Shown: piece after piece, positions 1 through 10,464 of the stretch
Layout: every line of letters starts with the position of its first letter
Numbering within the stretch: position 1 is the first letter of the stretch
IMG/VR virus record: IMGVR_UViG_3300029976_000159
Coordinates: 53,976-117,975 of that record
DNA from: a virus
Lineage: Duplodnaviria > Caudoviricetes
DNA: 64,000 nt
Direction: 5' to 3' (one strand)
Program-made: the position numbers and the translations under genes
Notes under the pieces: model-generated
What the model was told of the DNA's origin: nothing
Seen by the model: the letters and a program-made list of their open reading frames with translations, nothing else
Databases searched by the model: none

Positions 1-260
1 ATGCTTCTATAACCCTCGTAAGCTTTGGCTGTTAATTTTTGCTTTTTCGAGATTAATTTATTATAAACCAAAGTTTCGATGTCTGATATTTTTAATTCTT
101 TCTTATCTTCGTTCTCTTGTTCTATTTCGTTAGCTATGCTTTCTGCAATTTTAGGCTTTATTATGCCGCTGCCGTTTTTCATAGCTTTTAAAATAGCAGA
201 AGAAATTTTAGTTTTGTCAAAGTCAACTCTATTACCATTTCGTTTAATAACAGTAATCAA
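1..260 (-). CDS. nrdD: Anaerobic ribonucleoside-triphosphate reductase, N-terminal ATP-cone (runs off window edge)
   Basis: Own translation from TTG at 260 (RBS AAGGAG): MITVIKRNGNRVDFDKTKISSAILKAM...AKAYEGYRS, typical ATP-cone of class III RNR. Confidence 0.75.
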   Translation of the reverse strand, partial: MITVIKRNGNRVDFDKTKISSAILKAMKNGSGIIKPKIAESIANEIEQENEDKKELKISDIETLVYNKLISKKQKLTAKAYEGYRS

Positions 261-335
261 TATAATCTCTCCTTTATAAAATAAATATTTCGGGAGAAGT
301 GTAAGCTTCTCCCCTGTATTCTAGTAAAATAAAAG

Positions 336-905
336 TTATAAATTATTCAATTTTGCCCAAGAAAGTATTAAACCGGCATTAGAAATTAAATCTAATACAG
401 TTGCATTGTTTTTTCTTACAAGTTGTAATTGACCATCTATTTCTGCAAAATCCTCTTCATCCGCGTTAAAGCGTCTAACTATCTCGCTCGCGTCGGGCGC
501 AACCTCTCGGTCAAGTTGGCGTCGCAAACGTTCTTCGTCGGGTACCTCCAAGAGCAGAATGTCTAGAATCCGCACGTCTTGATAACTTATTAATTTCTTT
601 AAAGCTAGCGGGTTTGCAATAACAATATTAACTTTATTCTCTGCTAATTGTGCTTTTGGAATACCATAACACCAATTTTTAAAATGTGAAACTGCAATTG
701 TTTCCGTCTTATTAAATTGTTCTTCAGTCATGAAAAGATAATCAGACTCTATTTTATTACCAGCTCTCGGCGGACGGGTAGTTGCCATCTTAACTATATT
801 AATATATTCATTATTAAATAAATTAGCGCTTAATAAATCAACCGTCTTGAAGAGCAAGTCTTTTCCAGACCCGCTCTTACCCATGATTAAAATCATATTA
901 TACAT
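336..905 (-). CDS. gmk: Guanylate kinase-like nucleotide kinase
   Basis: P-loop GKSGSGKD; TTRPPR and YLF..YG motifs of guanylate kinases. Confidence 0.8.
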   Translation of the reverse strand: MYNMILIMGKSGSGKDLLFKTVDLLSANLFNNEYINIVKMATTRPPRAGNKIESDYLFMTEEQFNKTETIAVSHFKNWCYGIPKAQLAENKVNIVIANPLALKKLISYQDVRILDILLLEVPDEERLRRQLDREVAPDASEIVRRFNADEEDFAEIDGQLQLVRKNNATVLDLISNAGLILSWAKLNNL

Positions 906-908
906 AGT

Positions 909-3900
909 TTACGCCCTTTCATCTTGTAGAATTATATCCCCATTATCTAGAACTTCTTCTATTTTATATAGAGTATGACATGGAGTCGAATTATATTTTT
1001 TAGCCATAAAATTATTTCCGCGCCTTATACCTTGAATAATTAATTTACTCCCCCTGTTAAACCAAGATTTTTCAGTAATTTTTTTTGAACCATCTGCTTG
1101 AATCTCTGATATTTGTTTATCAAATAGTGCAAAATATTCTTTTCTAAATTTAACGTTTACTACTCCTTCAGTAGTTAATAAAGATATATTTGCTTTATTT
1201 TTATCTTTAGCTATACAAGTCCCGCAAATCTTATAAATTTTATATAAGATAATTGTTGAATCTCCTCGCTTATAAGTCTTTTCTACTTTTGGCTCTTCGC
1301 CTATTGTTTCAAAATTTGTAATTCCGTATTTTTCTTTATTTACAAGTGCAAGTTCATGCTCATGATAATAGAAACATAATGCTTCCATTTCCCAAGCTGA
1401 AATGGTTCCTTTTGCGTTTTTATTCCAAGCTTCTAAAAAGATTTTTGTATTTAGTTTATTTAAAATTTCTTGTTGATTGTCCTTCATCCAATCTCTAAAG
1501 ACATCCATGTAACTTTGATAAACTTTATCCCAGCTTTTTTTATTTAATATAGTACCGTCAATTATATCATCCCAACCAATAGCACAAAGAAAATTAAGCG
1601 CACGCTCATCTAAATAATAATTACTTGTGTCGTTTTCTTGTTTACAACGGTCTTTTAAATAACGGTTAAACTCAAAAACTTTTTTAGCACTTACAAAATC
1701 ATCACCTGTTGGAATTAATTGCTTTTTAATCAAAGTTGATAAATTTTGTAGATTTATCTTTTGTTTGCGGTCGCACGTATTCCATATATACCAAGCCATT
1801 GCGAATTTACGATTTGGTTCTAATGAATCGAACGCACCGCCTTTGATTAAAGATATCGCTGGCTGTTTATTAATTTTATTTCTATTAAAAAAATCTTTTA
1901 TAGAAACATAAGGGCGATTTCGTATAATCTGTTCTATTATATCTTCTCCAACATTCACTAATCCTTTTAATCCATAAATAATTTCATTATGTTTTCTATC
2001 TAATGAAAAAGAACTTTCAGCTCTGTTAATATCGGGAAGAAGAACAGCAGTTCCCATTTTTCTTGTATTGCCAATCGCTCGAGCCATCTTTTTGTAATCG
2101 GTTGCGTCTTCCGGATTAATACTACCACTGTCACTAATCAAACAGGCACAATTCCAATAAATAATTGGAAATCTATAAGCGAGATTCATTTCTTGTAGAC
2201 CGATGAGCGAGTATCCTAGTGTATGTGCACGATTGAATGCGTATCCACGCTGAATTGCGAAAGCTACGTTCCACACATATCGAGCCAGATTCTCTGAACA
2301 ATGTTTTTCTTTGACGCGCTCAAAGAACATTCGCTCGCAATCTTCGAATAATTTACCTTGTTTTTTTGCTATAGCTTTTCTTGTCATGTCTGCAAAGTCC
2401 AAGCTATTTCCACCAAGACGCTTCTCTTGTACTAACTGCATCATTCCCTCTTGGGATTCACATATCCCATCTGTGAAGGCGGGATGTTTACTCAACCATT
2501 CTATTTCTTCATAATTTAACCCCCACTGGTTCATTTCTCGATACCAAGCTTTAATGTTTTTTCTATATCTCGCCCATTTCTCAAGAGGTTGCTCAGCTCC
2601 TTTTTCAGGTGCCATAAGGCGAATAACCGAATTAAGAACAGCAAGTTCATCAACACTTTTTGGCTTGATGAGTGCTATACCTTTGATGCCACTTTCTTGC
2701 TCCATTTGAAAAAGAGAATATATCTCGTGCCGATGTAACATTTCCCACATCTTAGGATTATCGCGCTCTAAATTATAAATACCTATATACTTTTCATACG
2801 TGTTTTTAATGTTACCTTGATCTTCTATTATTCCATCTTTTAGTAACAAACTTAAACACGTTTGTATTTTATCAATTGCTTCAATGGATAACAAATCATA
2901 TTTTATAAGACTTGTTTTTTCAGCAGCGTGTAACTCATATCCAGTTACTAAGGTTCCTTCCGGGGTGCGCATTAGAGAAACTGACTCGTCAAAATCTTCA
3001 TCTACGAAAATAATACCACCCGCATGACTACCCAAACGACAAATAAGATTTTCGATTTTTTGCGCCGTTTTCCACAATTTAGGATTTTCATTCATTTCTT
3101 GAACAAATGCTTTTACTGGAAGAAACCCCTTGTTTTCATCTCCGTAATAACATTGTTTTAATGTTCTTACGTGACCTCTATCCGAGGGGATTAATGAGGA
3201 TACATACTGTGAATAATCTACATCTAGTCCTAACCCTCTCGCGGCGGTTATTAGCGCACTTTTTGTACTCTCCGTACCAAAGGTTGCTACACCAGCCATG
3301 CGCTCCTCTGTATAGCGTTCGCGCAAATACTCTAAAATACTTTCACGCTTTGCTCCACTAATGTCTATATCAACATCGACTACAGTAACTCTTGATGGAT
3401 TCAAGAATCTCCAATAGTACAATTGAGTGTTTTCACGCAAACGATTAATTTGAATTATTCCTAAAACATACAACAAAACAAACCCACCGCCAGAACCTCT
3501 AGCAGCTCCCACTATATTTCCCGATTCCCAAATATAGTCTATAATTTGTTGTAAGTTTAAAAAATAAGCTGACCAATGCGCATTATTTTTAACTGAAGAG
3601 CGCCAAGTAACATCCAAACACTCTTCTACCGCTTCGTACATTTTTTGGTTTAATAAATCACCATTTTTATTTTCTATCATTCTATCTATTATTTCCAGAG
3701 CTAATGTTTTATCTCCTTGATAATCTGAATAATAAAAAGTTTGAAGTGATGGAATGCGCGTAAACCAATCATCTAACTCTATCGTGTTACGTTCTGTTGG
3801 ATTGTGCCATTTGAGTTCTGGAATGCGCAACGGCTTTTTTAAACTATAATCCTCGCATTGACTTTTTATTTTTAATATCGCTTCATTAGCTATTGTTATT

Positions 3901-4736
3901 ACATCTTCGTTATAATGCGCAAAGTATTCTCTTATCTCTTTATCAGACATCATATAGGTTGTCGCATAAAATGCTTCAACTTCTCGTTCTCCGTTTTGAG
4001 ATTTAAGATAAATACTATGCGCCTCTGCATCTTCTTTAGTTAAATAATGAGAATCTGTGCTTACTACATAAGGAATATTTAATGCGTGAGATAAGTTAAT
4101 TAATTTATGATTGACTATATCTTGTTCATTATCTCTCTTGGCGGGCGGTTGTAACTCTAAATAGAAGTTATCTTTGCCAAAAATTGATTGTATATAATGT
4201 ATCCAATTAATTATTTTCTCTCTTGGATACTTTTCATCTAAAAGTTTAGTATCTAAAAATCCACCCAAACAAGCATTCAATGCAATAAGATGACCAGAAT
4301 CTTTTTGAACAATCTCTTCTAAATCTCGATAATAAGTTGGGACTCTTCTCATTTTATTTTTCATCCAACTTCTTTTCCAAGCTCTTGTAGATAATTGTCG
4401 CAGCTGTTTGTGACCTACAGCGTCTTTAGCCAAGAGAATAAAGTGATAATACTTATCTTCTGTCGGATCAAAATTATCTGATGTTAAATCATTTCTACAT
4501 AGATAAATTTCATTGCCTAATATTAATTTAAAATTTGGGTGAGTTTTCCTTATTTCTTCGTAATGTTCAGAAATATTCATATGACCACTTAAACACTCGT
4601 GATCTGTTATAGCGACTACTTCGTGTCCCAATTCAATGCTATAATCTATTAAATCATTTAAATGAATAATGCAATCTCTTAAACGAATATTTGAATATTC
4701 AGAGTGGTTATGCAATGAACCAGCATAATGTTGCAT
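909..4736 (-). CDS. dnaE: DNA polymerase III alpha subunit
   Basis: PHP domain (LHNHSEYS, AITDH), RGSGGG, DVDID catalytic motif, FNRAH; 1275 aa. Confidence 0.95.
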   Translation of the reverse strand: MQHYAGSLHNHSEYSNIRLRDCIIHLNDLIDYSIELGHEVVAITDHECLSGHMNISEHYEEIRKTHPNFKLILGNEIYLCRNDLTSDNFDPTEDKYYHFILLAKDAVGHKQLRQLSTRAWKRSWMKNKMRRVPTYYRDLEEIVQKDSGHLIALNACLGGFLDTKLLDEKYPREKIINWIHYIQSIFGKDNFYLELQPPAKRDNEQDIVNHKLINLSHALNIPYVVSTDSHYLTKEDAEAHSIYLKSQNGEREVEAFYATTYMMSDKEIREYFAHYNEDVITIANEAILKIKSQCEDYSLKKPLRIPELKWHNPTERNTIELDDWFTRIPSLQTFYYSDYQGDKTLALEIIDRMIENKNGDLLNQKMYEAVEECLDVTWRSSVKNNAHWSAYFLNLQQIIDYIWESGNIVGAARGSGGGFVLLYVLGIIQINRLRENTQLYYWRFLNPSRVTVVDVDIDISGAKRESILEYLRERYTEERMAGVATFGTESTKSALITAARGLGLDVDYSQYVSSLIPSDRGHVRTLKQCYYGDENKGFLPVKAFVQEMNENPKLWKTAQKIENLICRLGSHAGGIIFVDEDFDESVSLMRTPEGTLVTGYELHAAEKTSLIKYDLLSIEAIDKIQTCLSLLLKDGIIEDQGNIKNTYEKYIGIYNLERDNPKMWEMLHRHEIYSLFQMEQESGIKGIALIKPKSVDELAVLNSVIRLMAPEKGAEQPLEKWARYRKNIKAWYREMNQWGLNYEEIEWLSKHPAFTDGICESQEGMMQLVQEKRLGGNSLDFADMTRKAIAKKQGKLFEDCERMFFERVKEKHCSENLARYVWNVAFAIQRGYAFNRAHTLGYSLIGLQEMNLAYRFPIIYWNCACLISDSGSINPEDATDYKKMARAIGNTRKMGTAVLLPDINRAESSFSLDRKHNEIIYGLKGLVNVGEDIIEQIIRNRPYVSIKDFFNRNKINKQPAISLIKGGAFDSLEPNRKFAMAWYIWNTCDRKQKINLQNLSTLIKKQLIPTGDDFVSAKKVFEFNRYLKDRCKQENDTSNYYLDERALNFLCAIGWDDIIDGTILNKKSWDKVYQSYMDVFRDWMKDNQQEILNKLNTKIFLEAWNKNAKGTISAWEMEALCFYYHEHELALVNKEKYGITNFETIGEEPKVEKTYKRGDSTIILYKIYKICGTCIAKDKNKANISLLTTEGVVNVKFRKEYFALFDKQISEIQADGSKKITEKSWFNRGSKLIIQGIRRGNNFMAKKYNSTPCHTLYKIEEVLDNGDIILQDERA

Positions 4737-4865
4737 CTAAGTCGCCTCCTATTTTTATTTTCATATATATAATACCATATTTATTTAAATTATTCAACTA
4801 TAATTTTTATAAGGAAAATCTCGTCACAATCAACAAGTATTGTTCTGCTTTCAATATACCCTAAA

Positions 4866-5924
4866 TTATTCTATCTCATAAGTTATTTTACTATTATATG
4901 TAGTGATTTCCAACTTATTTTCATCGTATCCTTCCCGAGATGTATCAAAAAGTACTATAATATCATCGGGGTGAAAAGTTACAATTCCCTCTTGGAGAGA
5001 TACATACAACATATTTTTCGAAGATACTGCAGGCTTAAGCGGAATCTTCTTAAGAATGTTATTACTTCCGTATACTTTTATCTTATCTCCGTAATATCTT
5101 GATTCTGTAAGTAAATCCGCAAACGCATCTAGATCAAATACTGGACCAATTAGAGTTTTTTCTTCATAGTGTAATTTGAATAATTTCTCTGTGGTTTGAA
5201 AATCGTTTTTTCTACAAGTAGTACGTTTTACATCTTTATACCATATGACATCAAAATCTTCAGGCGCATTTTGCTCTGATATAAAAACGTAATTCTTTTT
5301 ACTAATTTTTCTAACCCAATTCCAAAAGTGAGTATAATCCATTTTTGGCTGATTACTATAACCGTATTTTTTAGTTCCTTGGTACGGTGGATCAAGATAA
5401 ATCACAGCGTCTTGGATATTCTCATCTAAGTCCCAATAATTTTGACACTTAAACTTAATTCCTTGCAAATTTGGGGCTTGCGCTTTTAGGTTATTATAAG
5501 CTTCTACGTAATAGTTGCGCCCTGGTGTATTTCGAGCGAAACCGAGCGGGAATCCACCATTACTATAACTGCCGAGAAATTCTATTGCGCCTATTTCTGC
5601 AAGCGTCATATCTGAGGGCATAACTCCATCTTTAACATAACCCTTACCTTTGTCCCATTGTTCTCTATTACCGTCTGTTGGAATTTTATCAAAATCTTCA
5701 GCTGATTGTTCCAAGAGAGCAATTAGTGTGTCACTTCTGTCATAAGCGTATTTATTTTTACATTTAATTTTATCTATTATATTACAACCACCGCAAAAAC
5801 ATTCAATATAAGTTTTTACGTTATTATCATCAATTGTCTTTTGAAGTATAGGAACAATATACTTTGCATATCTAGCCTTAGAACCCATATAAATCATTAA
5901 TTTACCCTCCTTATCCAGTGACAA
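4866..5924 (-). CDS. Dam-family (D12 class) DNA adenine methyltransferase with C-terminal extension
   Basis: YMGSK, ECFCGG and YLDPPY motifs; true start probably the ATG near 5897. Confidence 0.85.
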   Translation of the reverse strand: MSLDKEGKLMIYMGSKARYAKYIVPILQKTIDDNNVKTYIECFCGGCNIIDKIKCKNKYAYDRSDTLIALLEQSAEDFDKIPTDGNREQWDKGKGYVKDGVMPSDMTLAEIGAIEFLGSYSNGGFPLGFARNTPGRNYYVEAYNNLKAQAPNLQGIKFKCQNYWDLDENIQDAVIYLDPPYQGTKKYGYSNQPKMDYTHFWNWVRKISKKNYVFISEQNAPEDFDVIWYKDVKRTTCRKNDFQTTEKLFKLHYEEKTLIGPVFDLDAFADLLTESRYYGDKIKVYGSNNILKKIPLKPAVSSKNMLYVSLQEGIVTFHPDDIIVLFDTSREGYDENKLEITTYNSKITYEIE

Positions 5925-6553
5925 ATGGTTTCTTTAGTTTCTTTGCGCTTGTCCCATATAAACCATGCATAGGCTTGCGCAGAAGAAGCTTTAACGCTTG
6001 TATCTCCACCTTTATAACATTGGATTCTGTCCACGTATATATAGACATCTGTCGGCGGATTTTTAGATAGAATGGTATCGTATCGATTTTTTCCCTCCAA
6101 AAACTGGAGTCGTCCAAGCATAATTATCCCTTCTTGCGCCATTTCTAAGGCTCTAATCGTGAAGGGTTCTATGGTTGCGTAAGGGGGATTCATAATAATC
6201 CAATCTACCTCAGGTAAGTCGATTCCATAATTATCAGCCAAAAAATCATTTTTTTCTCCAAAATCAATAACAACTTTATTAGAAAATTTATTTTTTCTTT
6301 CTTGAAACTCTGTACTAATTAAGCGCACATTTTTTTGATTATTTCTTGAGAGATAATCCGCAATACCAGCGCTCATGTGTCCCTCGCCGGCGCAAGGTTC
6401 AAGAATTATTTTATTTGAAAAATCATAGTTTAAAACAGATAATATGTTTTCCACTTCTTCCGTTGGAGTTGCATAATAATCGAACTGATCTCTCGTTTTA
6501 TGATTTTTATCATAACTATTATATAATCCTTTGGTTGTATAATTTTCAGCCAT
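5897..6553 (-). CDS. DNA N6-adenine methyltransferase
   Basis: DYYATP, LEPCAGEG and NPPY motifs. Confidence 0.85.
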   Translation of the reverse strand: MAENYTTKGLYNSYDKNHKTRDQFDYYATPTEEVENILSVLNYDFSNKIILEPCAGEGHMSAGIADYLSRNNQKNVRLISTEFQERKNKFSNKVVIDFGEKNDFLADNYGIDLPEVDWIIMNPPYATIEPFTIRALEMAQEGIIMLGRLQFLEGKNRYDTILSKNPPTDVYIYVDRIQCYKGGDTSVKASSAQAYAWFIWDKRKETKETICHWIRRVN

Positions 6554-6788
6554 TTTCTTTACCCACCATTCTTTCTATCGCCTCATTAGCTTTTTCCTCA
6601 GCTACAGCTAATAAGACCTTTTGTATGATAAATGCTACAGTTCCCATAGTTGTAGCGTTATCTATTAAATATTTTGAAAATTTTTCACTTTCTACTACCT
6701 TTTGGACTTCATTTAAATCGACCTCTACTTCATATGCTTCATCAGTTGTCGATATTACGTTGCCAAGCGGCAAAGGCATTTCTTCCAT
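6546..6788 (-). CDS. Hypothetical protein
   Basis: ORF with RBS, overlapping the next gene in the operon. Confidence 0.6.
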   Translation of the reverse strand: MEEMPLPLGNVISTTDEAYEVEVDLNEVQKVVESEKFSKYLIDNATTMGTVAFIIQKVLLAVAEEKANEAIERMVGKENG

Positions 6789-6799
6789 ATTATTCTCCT

Positions 6800-7951
6800 T
6801 TAATAATTTCTAATTATTGTCAGCCGATCTACAGCTCTAGTAATCGCCGTATAAAGCCATCTCGCATACTCAGTACCATAGAGAGTTTCATCTAAGACCA
6901 AAACCTTAGAATATTCGCCACCCTGAGCCTTATGTACTGTAATAGCGTACGCATAATCAAACAATGTCTTAGGGTGAAAGCCTCGAGGAATCTCAGTATA
7001 GGTTTTTTTGTTAATAGTTGGCTCACCAGTTAAAAATAAATTATAGTCAGCTGATAATTTAACAAAAGTATTTTCAGGTTTTTGTAAATCGGTATTAAAA
7101 TTAATTACCATTTTTTTATTTGTATAGGGTTGTGGAGTTAAAGAAATTTTTGTTAATTGTCCTGTTAATCCATTAGTGAGAAAATCTCCAACGCCATTTT
7201 GAATTTTCCAATTGTTGCGCAAACAAATTATTTTATCTCCAACTTGAGGTTCTAGTTTACCGGGAAATTTTTGCTGGCGCACATAAGTATTAATCATATG
7301 ACGAGTTTTATTTTTTCCGCATAAAACTTGATCAGCCCATGTAAGCATACCATCTACAAAATCTTTTTTATCAAAAATTTGTACTTCTTTACCTTTCATC
7401 AAAGGTAGGGATTTTCCATTTCTTACATCCATTGATAAACGAATAATTTCACTTTCTTGCGCTTGACGCATTATTTCATCTAAAAAAATATGCGCATGAG
7501 CCAGTATTCCATTATCTTCACCAATTGGCGGTAATTGAAATGGATCACCTAAAGCAATAATCGGTATATGATGGCTTAATAATAAATTCCACAATTCCTT
7601 TGGTAACATAGAAATTTCATCTACAACTATTAATTTATAATTTCCTAAATAACGCTTTGGAGTTAATATACATTCACCGGTTTTGTGAACAAAATATACG
7701 TCGTATAATAATCTATGCGTGGTTGTTGCATTAGGATTACCTTTTGACTGTAATACTTGTGTTGCACGACCTGTATATGCCGTATAATACACATCTGTAA
7801 CTGGATCTAATCCCATAGCATCAATAATGAAATGTACTAAAGTTGTTTTGCCAGAACCTGCCAGACCAGCAATACAAGTATAGGGTTCTTTATTTTTAAA
7901 CCGTTCGAGCGCAATCTTTAATCCTTCTTCTTGTTTTTGCGTTAATACCAT
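6800..7951 (-). CDS. RecD/Dda-like SF1 helicase
   Basis: GLAGSGKT, VVDEISM, GDPFQL, YAITVHKAQG, LYTAITRA. Confidence 0.9.
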   Translation of the reverse strand: MVLTQKQEEGLKIALERFKNKEPYTCIAGLAGSGKTTLVHFIIDAMGLDPVTDVYYTAYTGRATQVLQSKGNPNATTTHRLLYDVYFVHKTGECILTPKRYLGNYKLIVVDEISMLPKELWNLLLSHHIPIIALGDPFQLPPIGEDNGILAHAHIFLDEIMRQAQESEIIRLSMDVRNGKSLPLMKGKEVQIFDKKDFVDGMLTWADQVLCGKNKTRHMINTYVRQQKFPGKLEPQVGDKIICLRNNWKIQNGVGDFLTNGLTGQLTKISLTPQPYTNKKMVINFNTDLQKPENTFVKLSADYNLFLTGEPTINKKTYTEIPRGFHPKTLFDYAYAITVHKAQGGEYSKVLVLDETLYGTEYARWLYTAITRAVDRLTIIRNY

Positions 7952-8018
7952 TAATCTCTTTTCCTCCCCTCTTATTATAATAATATCATATTTTTTTTGA
8001 AAAGTAAAATGAAGTGAA

Positions 8019-8351
8019 TTACTTCACTTCATTTTGTAATATATCCCATAAATCTTCTATTGTTTTTAATGATATGGGATTATTCTCTGCGTCTATTACC
8101 GCGCTATCACTCCAAGTTTTGTTGCCGCAATCCAACTCATATACCCAGTATGAAATCCACTCGTTTTTATCGTCCATGATTCGCTCCAAAAGCTCAAGAA
8201 CATCAGAAACAAGGTTGGGCATATAAATTCCACTTGGATAATATCTTTCATTAGATTTATTATAAAAGTGCAGTGTTTCATCTAATGCGTCTTGCAATTC
8301 AATCAAATCAACTACCCTTGTCATATATTTAATAAAATCTTCTTTGTTCAT
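8019..8351 (-). CDS. Hypothetical protein
   Basis: ORF; start moved to the ATG behind the AAGGAG RBS. Confidence 0.55.
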   Translation of the reverse strand: MNKEDFIKYMTRVVDLIELQDALDETLHFYNKSNERYYPSGIYMPNLVSDVLELLERIMDDKNEWISYWVYELDCGNKTWSDSAVIDAENNPISLKTIEDLWDILQNEVK

Positions 8352-8390
8352 GATTTTTCTCCTTTTATGTAAATTTACAATCAAAATTTC

Positions 8391-8447
8391 TTAAACCCAT
8401 TTTCGTTTTGGGTCGCGGTACTATGCGCTCGCGTACGGTCGGGGCAA
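8391..8447. repeat. GC-rich structured dispersed repeat, copy 1 (copy 2 at 48816-48871)
   Basis: TTAAACCCATTTT.GTTTTGGG..GCGGT...TCGGGGCA shared by both copies. Confidence 0.6.
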
Positions 8448-8448
8448 G

Positions 8449-9987
8449 TCAAAAGTACCAGTTCTAAACCCCCACTATCTCGTAATCTTCTATTATTATT
8501 TGAGGAGTAATAGTACCATTCCACTCGTTTTTAACACATCTCCCTACGATATTTAATCTAGGCTGACTAAATTCAGAAGTTTGTAAGCTATCATATTCCT
8601 CTTGAGAAGATTTAAACTTAATACAAGCTAGCCCATTAGGTAAAATAATTTTTAAAGTGGGGTTTCGATCGGGTGACATGAGCCGTATGGTTGACGGAAT
8701 AACGTTCTCGAACGCTAATTTAGGTTCCTCAACTCCCTGACCCCATAGATGCGATAACTGACAAATGCTTTCTAAATCTTGATAATCACCGGGAGTTATA
8801 TCTCGATATATACGGTCTACCTTGTAAGTCGGTGTAAAATCAAAATCTTCTAAATATTCTTCCGTTCTTGTTATTAATTTAGCTATACACTTATCTGGAA
8901 CGGAAACCCCAAACGCTTGCGCATGTCCCTGCGCATATCCGCCCCAGTTTTCCACTCCTATGTCCTCAAGCAATCCTCGGAAGTCGTGAAGCGCGCATCT
9001 ACTATATCCTCTTCCAGACCCTATCCACCAAACTTCTCCATTTTCATCGATTGTTTCATTTAATAGTAATGTGGGGCGTTGATACTTATTCATAAGCACA
9101 TTAGCTATTAATCCTGTTAAATTTCTATCACAACTTGTTGCTTTTGGTAATTGAACAATTAAAATTTTTTTATCTAATAAGTTATTACTCGCAATAATGT
9201 TTTCCGCAATTTCTAACCCGTGATCACGTATTTTTGTTTGTTTATTTTTAACATTTCCGCACACTCTACAAGCTTGTTCATAAAGAATTTCTGTATCCCC
9301 CAAGTGATGTCCTCTCTTGGTTGAAGGTACTTTTTCACCGCCTTTAAATTCAAGCATCGATTCAAATACCAATATTTTTTCTTGTAAAGAACCCACTCTT
9401 ATCGTTGCATTAACATAAGGTGCTATATAAAAAGCAAAACCCGTAGGAGTTATTTCATTTCCTAAAGAAAATGAATTTTTCTTACACATTTCCCTTATGT
9501 AAGGATTGTTAATATTTGCTAAACCTTTTTCTATTAATCTCTTGGTTTCGGGTGATTTCAATGACATAACATCGGCAATATTACCCAATGCCACCAAATC
9601 AAGCATACAGTCGCTATATGCAGTATGTCTTAGTTTATCTATATATTTGCAGAGTTTATATACAATGCCTACTCCAGATAAATTTTTGTTAGGATAATCA
9701 CACAGTTGATTATTTACAACACAAGCATATTCACTCACTTTTGGAGCTTCATGATGGTCAAGAATAAGAACATTAATTCCTTTTTCTTTAAGTATTTTAT
9801 GCTGTTCATAATCATTGCTTCCTGAATCCGCACAAATAAGCAGTTCTGTATCTTTTGGAATTAAATCTAAATCTATTCCATGCTGCTTACCCTCATGCAT
9901 AACATAAGTGATATTTTCGAAATTAGGAAATTGTTTATATAAATAATTAATAAGGAAGGCTGAGCTTGTAAAGCCATCTGCATCCGG
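8449..9987 (-). CDS. recJ: RecJ-like DHH ssDNA exonuclease, exon 2 (TAG at 8464 read through to ...GVQNWYF-TGA)
   Basis: Frame is open upstream of 9900 through (P)DADGFTS; ILDHH, SGVG, GSGRG, GHAQAFG motifs. Confidence 0.85.
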
Positions 9988-10236
9988 TCTTTATACCTTG
10001 GCTTTCGCCAAGGAGTAGACCATACCTTCTAACGTTTAAAACGTTAGTTCCTATTATGGTCGTTGAACGTCCCTCTGTTCTAGAGGTTTCGCTGCGTCTG
10101 GTTACCCAATCCCTAACAATGTTACCATACCTCGGTCGCTAACCTTGCCGCTGTTATGTCCCTATAACAGTTTGGTTGTTAAGGCTCTAAGGGAGTTCCC
10201 GCAGTTTAAGGAATTTTAAGTGAACCCTTAATGTTA
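9988..10236 (-). ncRNA. ORF-less group I intron in recJ
   Basis: Splits the D-x-D-A-D-G motif; P1 GUGGAU/GUUCAC with U.G at the 5' splice site; P7 GACCA/UGGUC; P9 CCUUGGC-GAAA-GCCAAGG; 3' junction uncertain by 3 nt. Confidence 0.85.
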
Positions 10237-10449
10237 ATCCACTATTAAAGTTATATTATTATTTCGCTCAATAGAATTAATTAATAAATTAGCCGCTTCA
10301 TCTATATTATCCAAAAGCTCAGGAGCTAATATATCATCATCCGTAGTATTTAAATACGGTTCTATTTCATCTAAACTAAAGCCTCTATTAATGAATACTT
10401 GCGTTAATAGACTATTCTCTTGTTTGCTATTAATTAATTCATAATGCAA
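10237..10449 (-). CDS. recJ: RecJ-like exonuclease, exon 1
   Basis: NRG..., LLDNIDEA, ITLIVD: N-terminal RecJ motifs ending at the first catalytic Asp. Confidence 0.85.
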
Positions 10450-10464
10450 TTCTTCTCCTCCTTT

